44,450 nt of DNA, filler included, from Sphacelaria rigidula (GCA_964200075.2; 2 parts of 2 records of this genome joined end to end with filler, not necessarily neighbours in it), one strand, 5' to 3'. Shown: positions 1 to 12,284, counted from the first letter of the whole stretch. Numbers and translations: made by a program. Notes: a model not told the origin generated them from the letters alone.

Positions 1-3
1 CTT

Positions 4-275
4 CGTCGCCGCCCTCTTTGAAAACATCCCCTGTCACAACACGGGACGGGGAGGGGCGGCGCACCCCAGCCGATTCGGGCTTAACACCACCACCCGCGAC
101 ATCGTCGCCACCCTCTTTGAAACAATCCCTCAACACAACACGGGACGGGGAGAGGCGGCGCACCCCAGTCGATGCGGGCTCAATACCACCACCCGCGACA
201 TCGTCGCCGCCCTCTTTGAAAATCATCCCCCGTCACAACACGGGACGGGGAGGGGCGGTGCACCCCAGCCGATGC
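4..275. repeat. Tandem repeat, about 2.7 copies of a ~98-bp unit
   Basis: The unit cgtcgccgccctctttgaaa...acaacacgggacggggaggggcggcgcaccccagccgat recurs at about 4, 102 and 202. It abuts the downstream end of the DIRS relic. Confidence 0.9.
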
Positions 276-1600
276 GAGCATGCGGTGAACAAAGGGCTTT
301 CCCGGGTGTGAAATAAACGAGACGTGCAGCAGAAAACCAGTCAACGACGAAATGTCTCTCTCTGATACACCCTTGCGTTCTCGAGGCCACTGCAACCACG
401 CGTTTGCAATTTGTTGCTGTTTGCCTCTGAATGCAAAATAGCGAGGGAGTCAGCATCCATCACCAAACCCAGTACTTCCAATCGTGTATTGTATCCGAGG
501 CCGACATTTTGCTCTTTGCATCAAACAAGGCTCGCTCAGGAAACGAACATGACCATAAAATAAGGGTCTCGCCCCAAACATCATTCGCCGTCTGAGGGAA
601 AAAAAAACTTCCACCAGTATACCGTCGTCAACATAGATGCACATGCAAGAGGGATGACCAATCCTGCCGCCACCCTCTCGGAACTGCCTTACCGTTCACG
701 GACAGAGTGGCAATACGCCCCTGTCGCCGCCGTGCTATCCTGACAGACTGAGCTGCACGGCGGCCGATGTCTGTCACCGCATGCGTGGAAAAAAGAAGGG
801 GATGCTGATGTACGAATATTCAAAGGCAGCCGTCATCAAGCCGTGAAGTCCGGGACTGCTGCCATTTGAGTTGATTTGATTCGATTGCCGCAAATTAAAC
901 GATCCCCCAATAATTGATTTGATTCGATTTGATTTGATAGCCGCAAATTAATCGACCCCCCAAGGATCCAACGGCGGTTACATGATGGATGTACCCGAGA
1001 CAAAAAAAACTGAAACACTTGCTGAAGAAAATAGGGGGAACAGAAAAGGTAGGACGGAACCATAGAGGAGACTTGAACAGCTGCGCCACCCGAGTTCTAA
1101 ACACAGGTAGCCACAGCCACAGAGGAGACTGAAACAGCTGCGCCACCCGAATTCCAAACACAGGTAGCTACAGCCATATCCCCGAATGCGCAGTCGAAAT
1201 ACGCGGCGCGTGCCGAGTCCACAGCACCTGGCGAAAACGCCCCTTTGACATCGAGTACAGTATACTAATCACAGTGCGCGCTGAGGGGCCAAATTTTACC
1301 GCAAGGACACAATAAGTAGCAGGACTTAGTACAATTCCCGCCTATCTCACAAGGTAGTGCCTGTAGAAATTCGGGGTCCGCGTCAACACTCGTGTGCGGC
1401 GATGAACCAGGGAAAAGGTGAGATCATAAATGATACGAAATATATGGTGCACTACAACCCCCAATATGGAGACACGGAAATTTGTAATATCCAAGATCTG
1501 CCTCACGTCAAACGCCAGCGCGAATGCCTCATTCAGGCGCACACGCCATCATATGATCCACATACCCTGATGCATGAGCCAAATTCTCACGTGCCATGAC
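275..1600 (-). mobile_element. Degenerate DIRS/Ngaro-type (tyrosine-recombinase retrotransposon) reverse transcriptase
   Basis: RT motifs appear in the expected order on the minus strand, broken by stops and frameshifts: RVSILGVV..FRIIYDLTF (~1410-1480), LDVKGAF (~1235-1255), LEFGWRS (~1138-1158), YVDDGILVEV (YVDD at 624-635), LEVLGLVMD (~455-481) and WP..R...ISSLTGFLLHVSF...GKPFVHRML (~277-390). A ~200-bp non-coding insert at ~840-1060 interrupts it. The element may extend to ~2480. Confidence 0.8.
1063..1175. repeat. ~57-bp tandem duplication of the RT LEFGWRS segment
   Basis: agaggagact-gaacagctgcgccacccga-ttc-aaacacaggtagc-acagcca occurs twice in tandem. Confidence 0.85.
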
Positions 1601-4040
1601 ATCATTGGGTACCCCCCGTTGTGACACACACACCAACAGACACATTCGAGGGAACCTCTTCCAGTCGCGGAACTATGGACGGGTGCTTTGCACATCCACG
1701 TGAGACCCAAATAAGTCCTTGCCTGTACGGACGGGTGACAACCATCCCAACATCGCCGTCATACATACGCAACAAGGTAGCCTGGTGAGGTGCGGGACAG
1801 CCGGTATTCCACAGTCATGATACGCAATTGTCTTCACATACCTTTTGAACACCCCGGAAACGCCGAAACCACCATCGACACGTACATCCAACATACCAGA
1901 ATATAGGTGAGTCATGGAACCAGGCATCAGCAGCTCATTGTTGTGGCGATTGCCTTTGCTGCCGCCCATGAGCGCCACGCGCCACCTCCAGCGGGAACGA
2001 GAGCGGTACGACCGGCGAACCGGACTTGCAGTGTCCATTATCACCCCAATTAGCACCTGCAAATTCGCCCTGTCGTCCTGGACCTGCAAAATCGTCGTGC
2101 CGCGTTAGCGCCCGGCTAGCGCGCCAGGCTATTCTTATCGTGCAGCCGGCCTGCCTGACAGCACCACGGCCGGACGGCGGAGCTACGCCGGTGCCGCATC
2201 ATGAGATACATGCGACCTGCTGTAGCCGCTGGTATAATAGAGCCAGCGCCGGGAGGCCAGCCGGTTCAACACTCCTCGGTTCAACACGTCCTTCACCAGA
2301 CGAACTGCCGCAATGTTCGCGAGCTGCATCACTGCATCGCCAATCTTTCTACACCTGCATTGGTATCGTCCAGTTTCGTCTCGGTCCGATCGACGCGGCT
2401 GCCCACGTTGTCCAAAAGTCGTTCAATATAACATCCTGCTTATCCAACGCGATTGTCCGAGGTATCAAAGGCCCACTGTAACCTCGGTTCGACTCAACAC
2501 GATCCGCTTTGCTGGCAAAGAACTGCAAAAGCCTAAAACTGACGCAGAACTATCCCTGTGTATCAACTCCATGAACGTCGATGTGGGATCCTTACAGGAG
2601 GGTAGACTTGGGGATGTGTCGACTCTCTCCTCTTAACCTTGTGTTTGCTCTGTCCGCCCGCCCCGGCGGTGTGATTTCGTGATTCGGTGATGCCGTCCTG
2701 ATTTGGTGATTTGGTCCTGATTTGGTGATTTGGTGACGCCGCTAGTAAAAATCTCAGACAAGATCGATTCGCGATGCTGTCACCAACTGATGGTCGCACC
2801 ACACCCGTCTCCCGGATCTCATAAACCTCGACTTCAACCCAGACACCATTATTGTCACTTCATCGTGGATGCACTTGCCCTTGTACCTTACTGCTTCTCC
2901 CACACTGAACTGACTCACTTGGTTCATCACACAGGCAATCTTGCATGTCAATGTGTTCTGAAATGGCTTCTAGATACTGCAACCACTATAAACATCTGGG
3001 AAAATTCTTCCCGCTTCTGCACAAAACATCGATTCTTCCCTAACACAGAATCGAGCCTTTCGGCGAAAAAAACTGCGGCGGCTGCAGAGCACAAATGTGC
3101 CCTGGAACGGTTTCAATGAGTACACCGAGTCACTCCAAGGTGCCAACATCCGCCTTGCCTTCTTTGAGGGCGTCAAACGGCGCAGATGGACCAAAAAGGC
3201 AGTTTTCGACGACATTTTTTCCCCACGTAACAAGTGGCGGAAGACACGGTCTTTAGGCGTGTCTTACATAAAACGAACCGATCGAAGAGGTGCGGTGGAA
3301 CAGAAAAAAACGATCGGAGACGTCCACGTCATCTATGATCTTAGTTGGATTCAGTCATTATTTTTATTAAATGCACGCGGCCGGAGGGAGAACATGCCAA
3401 AGCTTACTGTCGGCCGTGTCTTCTCGAGACGAGAAGAAAGTAGAACGAAAGAAGCGCCCAAAAGCAGCTTGTTGTTCAGTCGCCACAGCTATAGACCCGC
3501 CCAGCGATCAATCAGCGTGTTGCTATTGGACGCTTGTTTCGTTTCTCGCTTCCGATTGTCTCGATAGAACGGCCGTATCCTTTTCGATCCGAAACATGCG
3601 GCGGATAGGCACGTATGCATCCTTGCTTCCTATCTTGCCCACCACCGCGCCACATACCACCCGTTCACAGAACAATGCAAACGAAATACGATTCATTTTT
3701 AGGTACCCCCGCAACCATGCAGCATAGAGCACGAGTTGAGCACAGGGGCACCTACACTGCGCACACTGCAGCAGTTGGGAACCAGTATCATCGTCCTATT
3801 GTCCTCTTGGCATGATGTGTTCATTTTTTTGTCGGCGAAAAAAAGTTAGTGTCTTGTTTGCATCGTAGGCTTCGGCGATGGAATAGCGTGAAAGGATGGG
3901 CGACCAAGATGAAGGGTGTGCGTCTTTATACTACTTGGTCCCCCTGACCGATGACCGCCGCGCCCCTGGGGATGGTCGTGTCAGGATAAGCTAGCCCAGA
4001 CCAGCAACCAAACGACACAGGCAAACTAGCCGGATGGGCC

Positions 4041-4190
4041 ATGCCGGCAGTGTTGAACTCCAGGCTCAACTCCGCAGCTGCTGAGTTTTACCCTGTACTG
4101 GGACCCAAACTGAACCCCGCCGCTGCAAAGTTTTACCCGAAGTTGGGGAACTGTCACGAAAACCTGTCGATGGAGACGAGACATGTGTGA
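4041..4190 (+). other. Short ORF or decayed reading frame with two tandem PAM2-like motifs
   Basis: Translates to MPAVLNSRLNSAAAEFYPVLGPKLNPAAAKFYPKLGNCHENLSMETRHV*. Both SRLNSAAAEFYP and PKLNPAAAKFYP fit the PAM2 pattern xxLNxxAxEFxP (K for E in the second). Confidence 0.45.
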
Positions 4191-4984
4191 GAAGGTGCCA
4201 AATTCGGTGGATTGGAGCTAGCGGCCGCCGCGGGCTTGGACGTGTGCACCCTGCCCGTGAGACCAATTCGTAAGGCGCGTACCATCATCGATGTGCCGAG
4301 AAAAAATCGCAACCCTTCTCCTCTATCCTCTCTCTTCTTCTCTCTCTACATATGTAAATATATATATATTGTTTCTTTCCTCTCAGTATTATACAGTAGC
4401 TCTTTGTTATCTTGCTTCTGTAGGGCTCGCGGGTGAGAACGCATGCCCAAACAACTTGGTCCAAAATAACTGAGCCACAATCTGCTCCCACGGCATTATT
4501 GTTCTGTTTTGCGGATGGGTGCATGGCCTTCTCACCTGCAGCCATGCTGCAGTGGCCGGCCTTTGCTGGTCATGTTTCGTTATCATTTTTCGATTGATTT
4601 CGCTAGTTCTCCTCCGTTCCTTTTTCCCCCTTCTTTGGTCGGTTTTTATTTTGTTTGTTCCTGTGTGTTTACAGCTCACTCGGTTTGTTTGTTATATCTT
4701 GCTGTCCCCCCCCCGCTTCTATTTTGCTGTAGCGGGCATTTCCATTTTGTTCACCTTTGGTACGTCTCTATTGTGGAAGATGTCCACGAGCTGGGCCAGC
4801 AGGACATGTCGCATTTGCATGTCCCACCATAACTTATCAACTTCACCAGATCAGCGCGACCTGAGCATACCGGTGTGAACTGCAAACCAACCCGGTGACG
4901 CACGGCACCGCCGCTGAATGAAGAAAAGAAGAAAAATGAACTGCATCATGTATGACCTTACCGACGGAATAAAAAAGAAAAGGA

Positions 4985-5050
4985 ATATGTCAGGATTCGA
5001 ACTCGTGACCTCCATAACTGGAGTCTCCTGTATCACTTGGATTAAAGGGG
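4985..5050 (-). mobile_element. Degenerate tRNA-like SINE head
   Basis: The minus strand has a B-box-like GAGTTCGAATCC preceded by a degenerate A-box-like TAATCCAAGTG. No complete cloverleaf. Confidence 0.4.
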
Positions 5051-6974
5051 TGCAGCGGTGTCACACAAAAAAGTGCCCGCCTAGGCCGAATCTCAGCAAT
5101 TTTTGGCCGAACTTGCATGAGGATCTCCTGCACACAAGTATGCACAACAACACGAGGCATGCTGATGGATTCATCTATTTTTCACGGAATTATAGCATTT
5201 TCCCAGTTTTTACAGAAACTTCAAATCGCTCTAACTTTTTCTTCCTTCCGTGGCATCCGGCGTGTTGTTGTGCGTATTGATGACTGAAGTGTCATATCGA
5301 AATTTCAGCGCCCAACTTCTCGAATTACCCACAGCCGGACCCGGAAACATTGAAAAATCACGGTCAGCGGGCCCAGCTCGTACGGCTAAACACATCCCTC
5401 GGGAACCAGTCCATATGCAACAATCAATAATATCCATCAATCATAGCCATCAATCAATACTCACCGCCCGAGAGCATGACGTCACCTATCTTCTTCACTG
5501 GCTACCAAACCTCGCGCAAGTTATTAACCACCTGCAGAACAAGACTATTAAAATACTACAACACCTAGGGTAGGTAGAGGCTGTACTCTCACCATACTGT
5601 CTGCTGCTGCTGTTTTTCAAAAATGTAAGGTACCTCCTGACGGATCACTGCACGTCACCGTACGTCTGTCCCGTGCGTTCAGATTAGAGGAAGCTCGTCC
5701 GAGAATCGTTTGTTCAGGTCTCCGCTCCCTCAATGCAGGCCGGAATAGTACCCATGATGTGAAACCAACGAGTTTGACTCATCTCTATTTGCGTGTGGGT
5801 TCCGATTTGTGTACCCATAAAAGTTGCTGTAAGACGCCATCTATGCAAGAATAGACGATGAGCATGGTATTCGAAGGTGATCGCGGATCAGACCAGTTTC
5901 CCTCGTGCTCACAGTTACTGCAGCCCTCTCTGCAAGTTGTTGACGCTTGAACATTACCATGCGTTTGTTGTAGCAAAGGCTTGCTGGTATGCGCGTTCAA
6001 ATCTACTTGATATCATGCAGAAGGGTTTGCAAACAAGGTCGCGAAATCGTTCACAGGAATTGGTCATATTCTTTGAAAGTGACCCTGGGTCGAACGAATG
6101 TGCCGCCACCCACCCATCTCCGTTGTGCCTGTCATGACGGCTACAGCAGCACACCCCGATGGTCGTAGTTACCTTTTTGAGGGACAGAGCAAAAGAAAGC
6201 TGCTTGCCCAAAATCAGTCGCAGGGGCGAGGGTGCTACGAGTGTTTTCGCTGTTATTTTTTTACGGGCACCCTTGGCGCTGTCGAAAAATATGAACATGG
6301 AAAACCCTGGAGGATGAGAAACTTCCTCCCTTACCAAACCAGCACTTCTGCACCTGGTCATGAGCTTCATGAAGGCGCGTTGCACGTGTTGGACGGGCCA
6401 TTGCTCTACTTCTACGCCCCTATAGTGTTATTCGACACCAACGCCACCGATCTAGCGGGAGAGGGGTATGTCATTGTCGTGATATTGATGAGCTATATAT
6501 TCCTAGGGATGGGCATCCTTGCATTCCTTTGAGCAAAGGAAATACCGTACCGTTGGGTCTTTCCAGCTGACCCCCTCCCTGAATATTTATGTGAATGCTA
6601 CCGTCCATTCGTGCATGCATTCAGTGGCGTTCACGGCATATGTGCACTGGAAGATATAGGAACGCCATGGTTCCCCCCTTTTATTCGGGAGAAGTCGTCT
6701 TAACTCTCAGATCTTCCTTCGGAAATTAATCTGATTGCGAATGCCGACGTTCGTTTATAGCGCAAATACCTTTTTAGTGTGTTGCTTCTTCACAAGATGT
6801 GGACATGTAATGGTGGCTTGCATGGGTGATCATTTTGGCCGCGAAATGAAGAGTGGTTTGATTAAACTTTTGCTTATGCAGTGATGTTCGGTCTTTGCAG
6901 ACGTAATACTCGTGCGATACTGTGCCTTCATGGTGTATACCTTGTCCTCATTGTCACGTTGCATTTCTCGGCAG

Positions 6975-9900
6975 CTCGCGCGAAGGACGCGTCGATTCGC
7001 ACGGTGGAATCCATGCGACAACTGTCTGCTCAGCTTGCTGAGGCCGAGCGCGTAGCCCTTGACGCGGAACGGATTGCCCGTTTGGGGGATGGATCAGGCA
7101 TGGGCACCATGAGTCCCCACCAGCATGGCATGCTGACAGACACTCACGGACGCCACCACAACTATCTACGCATATCACTGACGGAGAGGTACGTTTTTGG
7201 GAGCGACAACCTGTTTTTTTCGACTACGTGTCGTGTGTGCCATACCAACTACACGTCCATGCGCACATCAACGGTGACGCCGGAGATGATGAAAAAAAGT
7301 TCAGAGCCAGGGAGGTACAAGTGCTGGCAACCCTTGCTGTCACGCGCGCGCATTATTGCGCTTGCAGCGTTGAGTGCCACGTCGGTACTTGGAGATGTGC
7401 GTTTTTGCAGCTATGGCGGCATTTCGCGTTTCTGCGTTCGAACTCAAAAGTCGAGAGGCTGATGAGCAATGCACGTGAACGAAACCCTGCGTACCCCGTT
7501 GTTCCAGAGGTAGACATGGCTACCGCTGCACACGATTGGACAGATCCGTCTGTGTGCGTACTTCCCTGGCATACTTGTCTGCGTTTCATTCATCCTCGCT
7601 TGTCGGATGTGTTACTTCATGTTTGGATCACTCGTCAGGTGCAACCTTCGATGTGTGTATTGCATGCCCGAAGACGGAGTTGATTTGCAACCGCAATCCA
7701 AGATGCTGTCACAAGACGAGATTGTCAGATTAGCCAGCATGTTCGTGAGGGCCGGCGTGGATAAGATCCGCTTAACCGGCGGCGAGGTATAGTGTATGGT
7801 CTTGCCGAGGAGTGACCGGAACGGGAGGCATGCGCACATCAATTTCTCTGCCTACCCGTCTATTGATGAATCATCGCAACTTTGGTTTCGGAACCGTGCA
7901 CGCGTAGTCTGAATATGTTGCGCAATAGTCGAGAACTGCGCGATCGTGGTGTGGCGAAATATCGACTCGCTATGCCGTTTGAACCGTACCTTCTTGCGGT
8001 GTCACACAAACACCCATGGTTAGCACGAGTGGGTAATGAAAGGTCATGTTCATTTATCCTTGGTTGGTACAGTAGTCGCATTGCACACGTGCGGATCAGG
8101 GCGGGTCTCGCGTAGGATGGTGTTGTGCATTGGGAAAAATAGCTCCAGGCCGCACGTGTATTGCAAAGCTTCAACGGCAGAGTAAAGGTGTTTGTGGTGT
8201 CGGCCTGAAATGCGTAGATGACCAATCGAAGTATCAAGTAAGGAGCCTGTAGGATAGTGCACAGACGCCTCTTTCGCACGTGGAACGAGAAACCAAGTTG
8301 CAGCCCTATAACTGAAACAGCTGCTCTCCCCCTGTTCGCCACCGCTGAAATAAAATACTCTTCATTTAGCAGCCTCTTATCCGGAAAGATCTTCCCGATA
8401 TTGTTCGAGCGCTCAGCTCCTTGGACGGGGTGCGCAATGTCGGTGTCACGACAAACGGGATCAACCTCCGGCGAAAGCTGCCTGCGCTGAAGGAGGCGGG
8501 CCTCACTCATATAAATGTGAGTTGAGCAGGGGTCCATTCGCCTTGCCCTCTGGCGTCTTGGGGTATGGATTATGACCTTCTCAGCATCGGTTGGTACTGG
8601 GAATTACTCTGCCTATTGTGCACAATGCACTCAAGTACAGAACGACGGTCGTTCGTCGGTCCCAACAGAGCCGGCGACTGAGCTGGCGACTGAAAGTTCA
8701 AGCAACATTCCGCGTGCCTTGTCTGCTGATTTCTCATTTATGTACGGTCGCACTTCACTACAGTATATGGTCGGTGACACTATGTTGCGGTATAGAAAAC
8801 CAAGGTCCTGGCATGTTTGCCGCGTCTAAATTTGCAGTACAAATTGCCCGTGCGGCCTTAGGTGAGTCTGGACACTCTGCGGGCCGACCGATTCGCCGCC
8901 GTCACTCGTCGTAACGGCCTGGACGTTGTACTCTCTGCGTTGGAAGCGTCGTTACAACACGGCTACGGAGGGAGGTGAGCGTCCCCTTCATGTCGTCCTA
9001 TCGACTACTCAAATTGTTGGTATGTTCAACCTCCGCCATAGCGTTTTTGATCCAGACGGGTCTGAGCGCACGACCGGCATGATAAACATGCCGCCTACAT
9101 TAACTCTACTTGACGGACCTTGACATCTCGCGCGGCAAAACTGCTTCTCAGGTTAAAAGTAAACTGCGTGGTGATGAAAGGACTGAACACGGACGAGTTG
9201 GCCGACTTCTTGGAGTTCACACGCGACCAAGAGCTGGATGTGCGATTCATCGAATGGATGCCATTCGATGACAATCGATGGAAAGATGCCAATTTTTTTT
9301 CGTACCAGGTGCACAGAATTGAAAACTATGTGACAGTGCCTGCGCCTTGCACACAGACTTGCGCATGTAAGAGAAATGACTCCGCGAGTGCTTGCTCATC
9401 GTAGCACAGCCTGTCCCGGAAAGCGAAGCACGTGCGTTTTACCTCCGACGAACTTCCATTGATGTTTGCAGTCACGAGTGTCTCACCAGGGGGCTCACCT
9501 TGTGTCTGCTTAAACGCAGTCTATGTTGGAGGTGATTCGGGAGCGATATCCTGATCTTGAACGGTCCATCGATTCCGTCAACGACACCACAAAATGGCAT
9601 CGTGTTCCGGGGTACCGCGGAAGGTGAGAACGTTGGCCTGAGTGCATCAACACCGTTGTCGGTTCAGCTAGTCGTATTGTACACACATGAGAAAAGAGAT
9701 TGCAATCCGGCGGAAGCGGTCGGAATACTGTATACCTTCGCCTCCGACCCTCATCCTCCATCTTTTGCTTGACAGGGTGGGCTTTATCACATCAATGAGC
9801 GAGCATTTCTGTGGCACGTGCAACCGCCTTCGAATTACCTCCGATGGCAATCTCAAGGTTTGCCTGTTCGGAGATGAGAGCCTTAGTCTTCGAGACGCTC

Positions 9901-11617
9901 TTAGAGGTGAGCCGAAAGTTGACATACATACCGGCTGCTTCACCCCTATCAACCTAGGATCACTCATCCACACAAGTTCACGCCGATTTTAGGAGTTAGA
10001 CCCTGAAATTTTGCACAAATTTCCCATGGATCATTGCGCGACGTTCGAAGGTCGACTTTTTTTACTGTTTGACTTTTTTGCCGTTCTTCGGGGGTCCCAG
10101 GGTTTTCGGGGAAAGTTTGCGCGTTTGTGCAATGACGTGAGCTTGAAACGCGCAAACTCCTAACTACTTGGTTTTAGTATCAAAACGTCTTTTTTGGGTG
10201 AATCTAACGATAAGATGAGGAATAGTGTATGAGGTTTTCGAGTTTCTCGACCAATTTACATATGCTCCTTGAATTACCCCGGGACGCACCATCCATCTGA
10301 TTTTTTTTCTAATAAGGCATTCTGTACCGGCTTCCGGAGGTCTTCACACCGGGACCCCCGGAAGCCGGTAGAGAACGGAGAAATTTTGAAATATTTTCAA
10401 GAATACAATTTCACCATTTGAAGCGACAATACCTTTGGAACTGCCGAGTTTGAGGGTGATCCGGGCTTTTCCACGACATAAATAAGGGAAACGTCACGAG
10501 GCTCCATGGGTCTTTCGTTCGTATCATCAGCGAAAAATTGACTACTACGTTAAGACTCTACATCACCGAAACACCACGGTTTGGGGTATATACTTCGACC
10601 CTGTAGTAACCGTTTTCAAATCTGTTTGCCCCGTTAGATTTTCGAGCTGTGGGCGGTTACTACCAATTTAACCCTTAGATCGCGAGATTAGTCTTTCTTG
10701 ATCATGCATACTTTTTTCCACGTGAAATTGATGCCGATTCAACAGAAGACTAACCTCGCGGTGTAAGGGTTAAGCATGTGCAGATTGGGGGAAAATTCGG
10801 CTTGGAATTCGCATTTTTTATTTTTGAACAATTTGAAGGGCGCCGATTGGTCGAGGTACCTTTTCGCCCTTAGCGCCACCACTACGACCTTGAACACAAC
10901 TCCGGCTATGTCACGTTCTTTAGCTGTCCATGGCGGTCAGTATGATATTATGTATGCGACTAATGGGTAGGTCTTGCGAAAAGCATCTGCTGATGACCCC
11001 TTTTTGGGTGATGAGCATGAATCAGCCTGTAGTGAAGACTCGCTGCTGAGGTTTGTGTTGTATACATCCTCTCTGATTGGATTTAGGTGGGCAGTCGCGG
11101 GGCCGCTCACATGATCGTTGACCATCTCGCAGGCAGCAGGTTGTTTTGTACGTTCAACAAAAGGTTACTAACACCCCACCTGTTGCCCTGTATATTTGTC
11201 GACGAATGCGGAAAGCCCCACCTGTTGCCCGTGTATTTATCGACGAATGTGGGGAATTCCACATGTTGCTCCGTACATTTATTGACAAATGTGGTGATTG
11301 TACCACGTCTGTTTTTTGTAGCGTGGTAACTCGGGAGCAAAGCGGGAAGTGTTCTTCATGTCCGCGCCTCGAACGTGACGTATTACTCTGTGATTTAAGG
11401 TATAATAGCTCCCCCGATTCTGATATCAGCTAACCACGTTCTGTGCCCGTGTTTTCACCTTTATTGTACATCCTTTGCAGGTGGTCTCTCTGATGAAGAT
11501 TTATCTGTTCTTATCAGAGCAGCCGTATTGGGGAAACGCGCTGCCCTTGGAGGCCACGGGGACATGTACGGGATCGCAGGGGCAAAGAATAGACCCATGA
11601 CCACAATTGGGGGATGA
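6975..11617 (+). CDS. CNX2: GTP 3',8-cyclase (molybdenum cofactor biosynthesis protein A; CNX2/MOCS1A/MoaA), radical SAM enzyme, 5' partial
   Basis: Exons join(6975-7188,7639-7786,8373-8516,8862-8974,9152-9308,9520-9623,9776-9906,11481-11617); all introns are GT-AG with consistent phases. The protein has [27 protein letters not shown] (CxxxCxxC), [33 protein letters not shown], the second cluster motif [21 protein letters not shown], and the hallmark C-terminal RPMTTIGG*. The start codon and first exon(s) are not resolved. Confidence 0.96.
9960..11100 (+). repeat. Interspersed palindromic repeat family, copy A, in the last CNX2 intron; probable non-autonomous DNA element
   Basis: Colinear similarity by eye to the reverse complements of 12580-13665 and 21700-22179 (shared catcaccgaaaca, cgaccc..tagtaaccgttt, ggtcagtatgat). 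Internal hairpin at 10320-10375. Confidence 0.8.
10672..10769. mobile_element. piggyBac-type MITE (98 bp)
   Basis: TTAA at 10668-10671 and 10770-10773, CCCTTA...TAAGGG termini and ~30-bp imperfect TIRs. It is absent at the homologous position in repeat copies B and C. Confidence 0.85.
11174..11300. repeat. Minisatellite, about 3 copies of a ~42-bp unit
   Basis: ccccacctgttgccc-gt-tattt-tcgacgaatg-gg is repeated with progressive divergence. Confidence 0.8.
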
Positions 11618-12243
11618 TGAGTTCCGCTGAAAGGCCAGGTCGCCTACTTTGGTAAAAAGCGTGAGGTTAAATGGAGTCTAGACGGCGTTGAAACGGATCT
11701 TCTCTATATATGTAGTAGTTGCCTCGATGATTGCTCCACTGCTAAAGACAGATTGAGATCCCCTGGCCACTTTGTAGATACGAAGTACTGAAAACGAACT
11801 GTTGAGCGTCACGTGCCATGACCTTTTGAATTCTTGCGCGGATGTATTTCTAGGGTGTTACTTTTCTACTTGCTATCGTTTGAGCGTTTGTGCGTGTATA
11901 TTCCACGGTCAGCCGCCAATCTTTGAATCTTTGGGCACCCATGCGCCAGTTGGTCGCTTTTTTTCTCTCGTCGCCGAGGGCTCGGAATAGTCACTTCCTC
12001 TGGGGAAATGACGCTTACGTATAAGAGGCCGTTGCCATGCACATGGCGCGCGTCACAACTACTCTTGCATGCGCTACGACCGGTAGCACCGCCGCGTTAG
12101 GACGGTCAATTTTACGATGTAAAAGAAGTCGTGGTTGCGGCAATTGCAGTGGCATACGCATGATATGGTCACTACAGTTTTTGCTGAACAGGGGAACGAC
12201 GTGGTATATTCGGTAGTGGTGCACGTGTCGCAGGCGGTGCGTG

Positions 12244-12284
12244 TGGGTCTGGTTGGGTCTGGTTGGATCTGGTTGGATCTGGTC
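12244..12284. repeat. 10-bp tandem repeat (TGG[G/A]TCTGGT) x4
   Basis: Directly visible in the sequence. Confidence 0.85.

Noticed and set aside
11174..11300. CRISPR-like array
   Set aside because: The units are contiguous diverging tandem repeats with no unique spacers, in a eukaryotic intron.
11618..11791. Open frame after the CNX2 TGA-TGA as a MOCS1A/MOCS1B-style fusion, readthrough or selenocysteine extension
   Set aside because: There are no MoaC motifs (LTH..MVDV) here or downstream, the stop is doubled, and the C-terminal GG of MoaA must be terminal for function.
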